In this document: positions 62,098-64,000 of the stretch, piece by piece | Position numbering within the stretch: position 1 is the stretch's first letter | Layout: each line of letters starts with the position of its first letter | From: Armatimonadota bacterium | GTDB taxonomy: Bacteria > Armatimonadota > SYMT01 | NCBI GenBank assembly: GCA_041690135.1 | Contig: JAWLHY010000002.1 | Coordinates: 720,342-784,341, forward strand | DNA length: 64,000 nucleotides | Reading direction: 5' to 3' | The notes under the pieces: model-generated | Told to the model about the DNA's origin: nothing | Seen by the model: the letters and a program-made list of their open reading frames with translations, nothing else | Databases searched by the model: none | Made by a program: the position numbers and the translations under genes

Positions 62098-62370
62098 TCA
62101 GATGGACCACCGGCCCGGATCCATACGCATCCCTCCGTCCAGGAGGATCAGCCGGATATCTTGGGTGACAGGGTCCTGCCGGAGAGTATCGGCCACCTCG
62201 GCCCAACCCGCGTCGATCACGATCAGGTCGGGCCGTTCCGTCTGGGCCAGGCGGATCACGGCATCGGCATCGGTCGCTGTCAGGACCTCATAACCGCACC
62301 GCTGGAGATTGAACTCGGCAAGGCGGACGATATGCCTTTCGTCATCACCCACCAGCACTCGCAAAGGCAT
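62098..62370 (-). CDS. Truncated/degenerate single-domain response regulator
   Basis: VLVGDDERHIVRL...PDLIVID; lacks the C-terminal Lys-Pro segment. Confidence 0.7.
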   Translation of the reverse strand: MPLRVLVGDDERHIVRLAEFNLQRCGYEVLTATDADAVIRLAQTERPDLIVIDAGWAEVADTLRQDPVTQDIRLILLDGGMRMDPGRWSI

Positions 62371-62430
62371 GGATGTCTCCGCCGTGGGTCTCAGGTCAGG
62401 ATGGTTCAGTATTCGACAGGTGTCGATTGG

Positions 62431-62534
62431 TAGCCCCGGAGGAGCGGATGGAAAGCGGGCGCCCACTTGTGGGCAGGGGAGTGTGAACCCCCGGTCCTGG
62501 TGCCCGCACGGAACAGCCCTGGAGGGGCGACAGA
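62431..62534. repeat. REP/REPIN-like element
   Basis: Two related hairpins, AGCCCCGGAGGAGCG and AGCCCTGGAGGGGCGACAGA, flanking GGGGAGTGTGAACCCCC. Confidence 0.55.
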
Positions 62535-62571
62535 GCAACACCCCGGTCGGAATTGTATCTGACGCTAGGTT

Positions 62572-63078
62572 TTACTCCTCGCGCTCCCCTTCGAGAATGG
62601 CGAAGTACTCTCTCCGCTGATCCTCCAACTCATTCCGGCGAACGTGCTTCTTGTGGAGGTTCCAACCCCTTTCCAGCACAACGCGTGCGGTTTGAGGGTC
62701 CCCGCGTTCCAGCAGTTCCTGAGCAATATGGCGGTGAATCGCGTAGTTGCCCGGATCCACGGCCAGAGCAACGTTCAGTTGCAGGAGGGCCTCTTCGCTC
62801 TTTCCGAGCCGCCGGTACGACTTGGCGGCGATGAGACGGAGTAGGCCGGAGTCCGGAGCGCAGTGGAGCAGCTCAGCGATCCACTGTTCCGCTTCCTCGG
62901 TACGACCCGCCTCTTGCGCATCGATGAGTTTCTGGCAGTAGTAAAGCGCCTCGTCCGGACGCCCGGCCACCTCTGTCGGCGTCATGGTTTTGAGTCCCTC
63001 CGTTTCCTGCTGCATCTGCACCATGCGCAGGTGGTAATCTTCTTCCGATTCCTGCCTCGCCCAGCGTGGAAGTCTCAT
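62572..63078 (-). CDS. TPR-like helical protein
   Basis: YRRLGKSEEALLQLNVALAVDPGN; ATGA overlap with the upstream SLH gene. Confidence 0.75.
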   Translation of the reverse strand: MRLPRWARQESEEDYHLRMVQMQQETEGLKTMTPTEVAGRPDEALYYCQKLIDAQEAGRTEEAEQWIAELLHCAPDSGLLRLIAAKSYRRLGKSEEALLQLNVALAVDPGNYAIHRHIAQELLERGDPQTARVVLERGWNLHKKHVRRNELEDQRREYFAILEGEREE

Positions 63079-63785
63079 AGCTCTCCCGTCCCCCAACGCT
63101 GAACTACCTGGGTGATGCGCTGGCACACCAGGGCAAACTCCCCCGGTGTAACCGCTTGATCACCGCGAAAGGTCCCGTCCGGATACCCCGAGAACAGACC
63201 CCTCCGTGCCTGGAGGCCGACGAGAGCGGCAGCCCGGTGATTCGGGGGGACATCTGGAAAGTCGACCGGCGTATTGTAGAAGTTCCCGAAGCTGAGGTTG
63301 GCCGCTCTGGCATTTCGCTGTTCCCGTTCGAGATTCACCGTCCATGACAGACGCTTTCCTCGTGCGGCCGACCAGGATTGCTTTACCACCCACTGGAGGG
63401 TCGAGGGTCCGCCCGCGAGGTGGGCGGGCATCTCCTCCTCACCCATCCGAATGGCCTCGAGATGTTTTTCCACCTCACGCATGTCCGCGGCCAGCAGTGT
63501 GATCAGGTGGCGCGTAATGGCCACAAACTCATACCGGCTCAGCGGCTGTCCCCCAGGCTTGCGCGGCACCTCGGCAGATATGCCGAAGGAGCCGAAACCC
63601 CGGAGCGCATCCGCGGCGAAGGGTTCGGAGTCGGCCGTCGCGTCGGGAGAGGGCTGTTCCCTTCGAAGGGCGGCGTCTGGTGATTTCTCTTGCGTGGTAG
63701 CCTGAGCACCTGACTCCGATTGTGATGGCCGAAGTACTACTGCGCCGAGCACGAGTATGATGCCTAACGTGCGCGCAGCGACCAT
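63075..63785 (-). CDS. Secreted S-layer homology (SLH) domain protein
   Basis: FPDVPPNH...GLFSGYPDGTFRGDQAVT; signal peptide; GGAGG RBS. Confidence 0.85.
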   Translation of the reverse strand: MVAARTLGIILVLGAVVLRPSQSESGAQATTQEKSPDAALRREQPSPDATADSEPFAADALRGFGSFGISAEVPRKPGGQPLSRYEFVAITRHLITLLAADMREVEKHLEAIRMGEEEMPAHLAGGPSTLQWVVKQSWSAARGKRLSWTVNLEREQRNARAANLSFGNFYNTPVDFPDVPPNHRAAALVGLQARRGLFSGYPDGTFRGDQAVTPGEFALVCQRITQVVQRWGTGEL

Positions 63786-63873
63786 GGCGTTTCCTCCGAT
63801 TCACGGCTGCGTGTTATGTACTCCGAAGTGGCCCGAAGAAGTGGGCAGCCGTCCGCCAGTGGTCTTGCCGGTC

Positions 63874-64000
63874 TTATGCACCGAAGCCAAGCACCCAACC
63901 CTCGTGTCGATCGGCAAGGGAGTTGGGGCACTCCGCATACCCCTCGAGAGCCTCGCGGGCGGCTTCGGGGGACCCATCGCCCGTCCCCAGCACCTGGAGC
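63874..64000 (-). CDS. 3' end of a hypothetical protein running off the window end
   Basis: Open frame LQVLGTGDGSPEAAREALEGY...WVLGFGA*. Confidence 0.4.
   Translation of the reverse strand, partial: LQVLGTGDGSPEAAREALEGYAECPNSLADRHEGWVLGFGA

Overview
GC-rich bacterial chromosomal window, most likely Armatimonadota. This is inferred from two [26 protein letters not shown] / H-X9-DG (DUF1559) pilin-like genes, a CRTAC1/ASPIC-UnbV gene and an SLH protein. The left ~31 kb is mostly core or semi-core: hybrid kinase, murJ, rpsT, USP, moeA, APC and EamA transporters, an RND pump, and a pilin-TPR-CRTAC1-GT-C cluster. The right ~33 kb is an accessory patchwork of small genes: DNA repair, katE, GNATs, immunity-type proteins, a PadR module and pseudogenes. 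No rRNA, tRNA or CRISPR array was seen. Highlights: (1) a decayed integron read directly from the DNA, with an IntI C-terminal remnant, two attC sites bracketing a GNAT cassette, and further degenerate attC sites among orphan immunity-like genes; (2) a putative DtxR/IdeR-boxed DUF4198 - DUF1559 pilin - PepSY-TM operon in which a pilin-like protein occupies the slot usually held by a TonB-dependent receptor; (3) an Rpn nuclease gene with a strong internal RBS/ATG (candidate gene-within-gene antitoxin); (4) an orphan MenA1-like antitoxin; (5) two genes interrupted by single in-frame stops. All family assignments come from motif recognition by eye; no searches were run.
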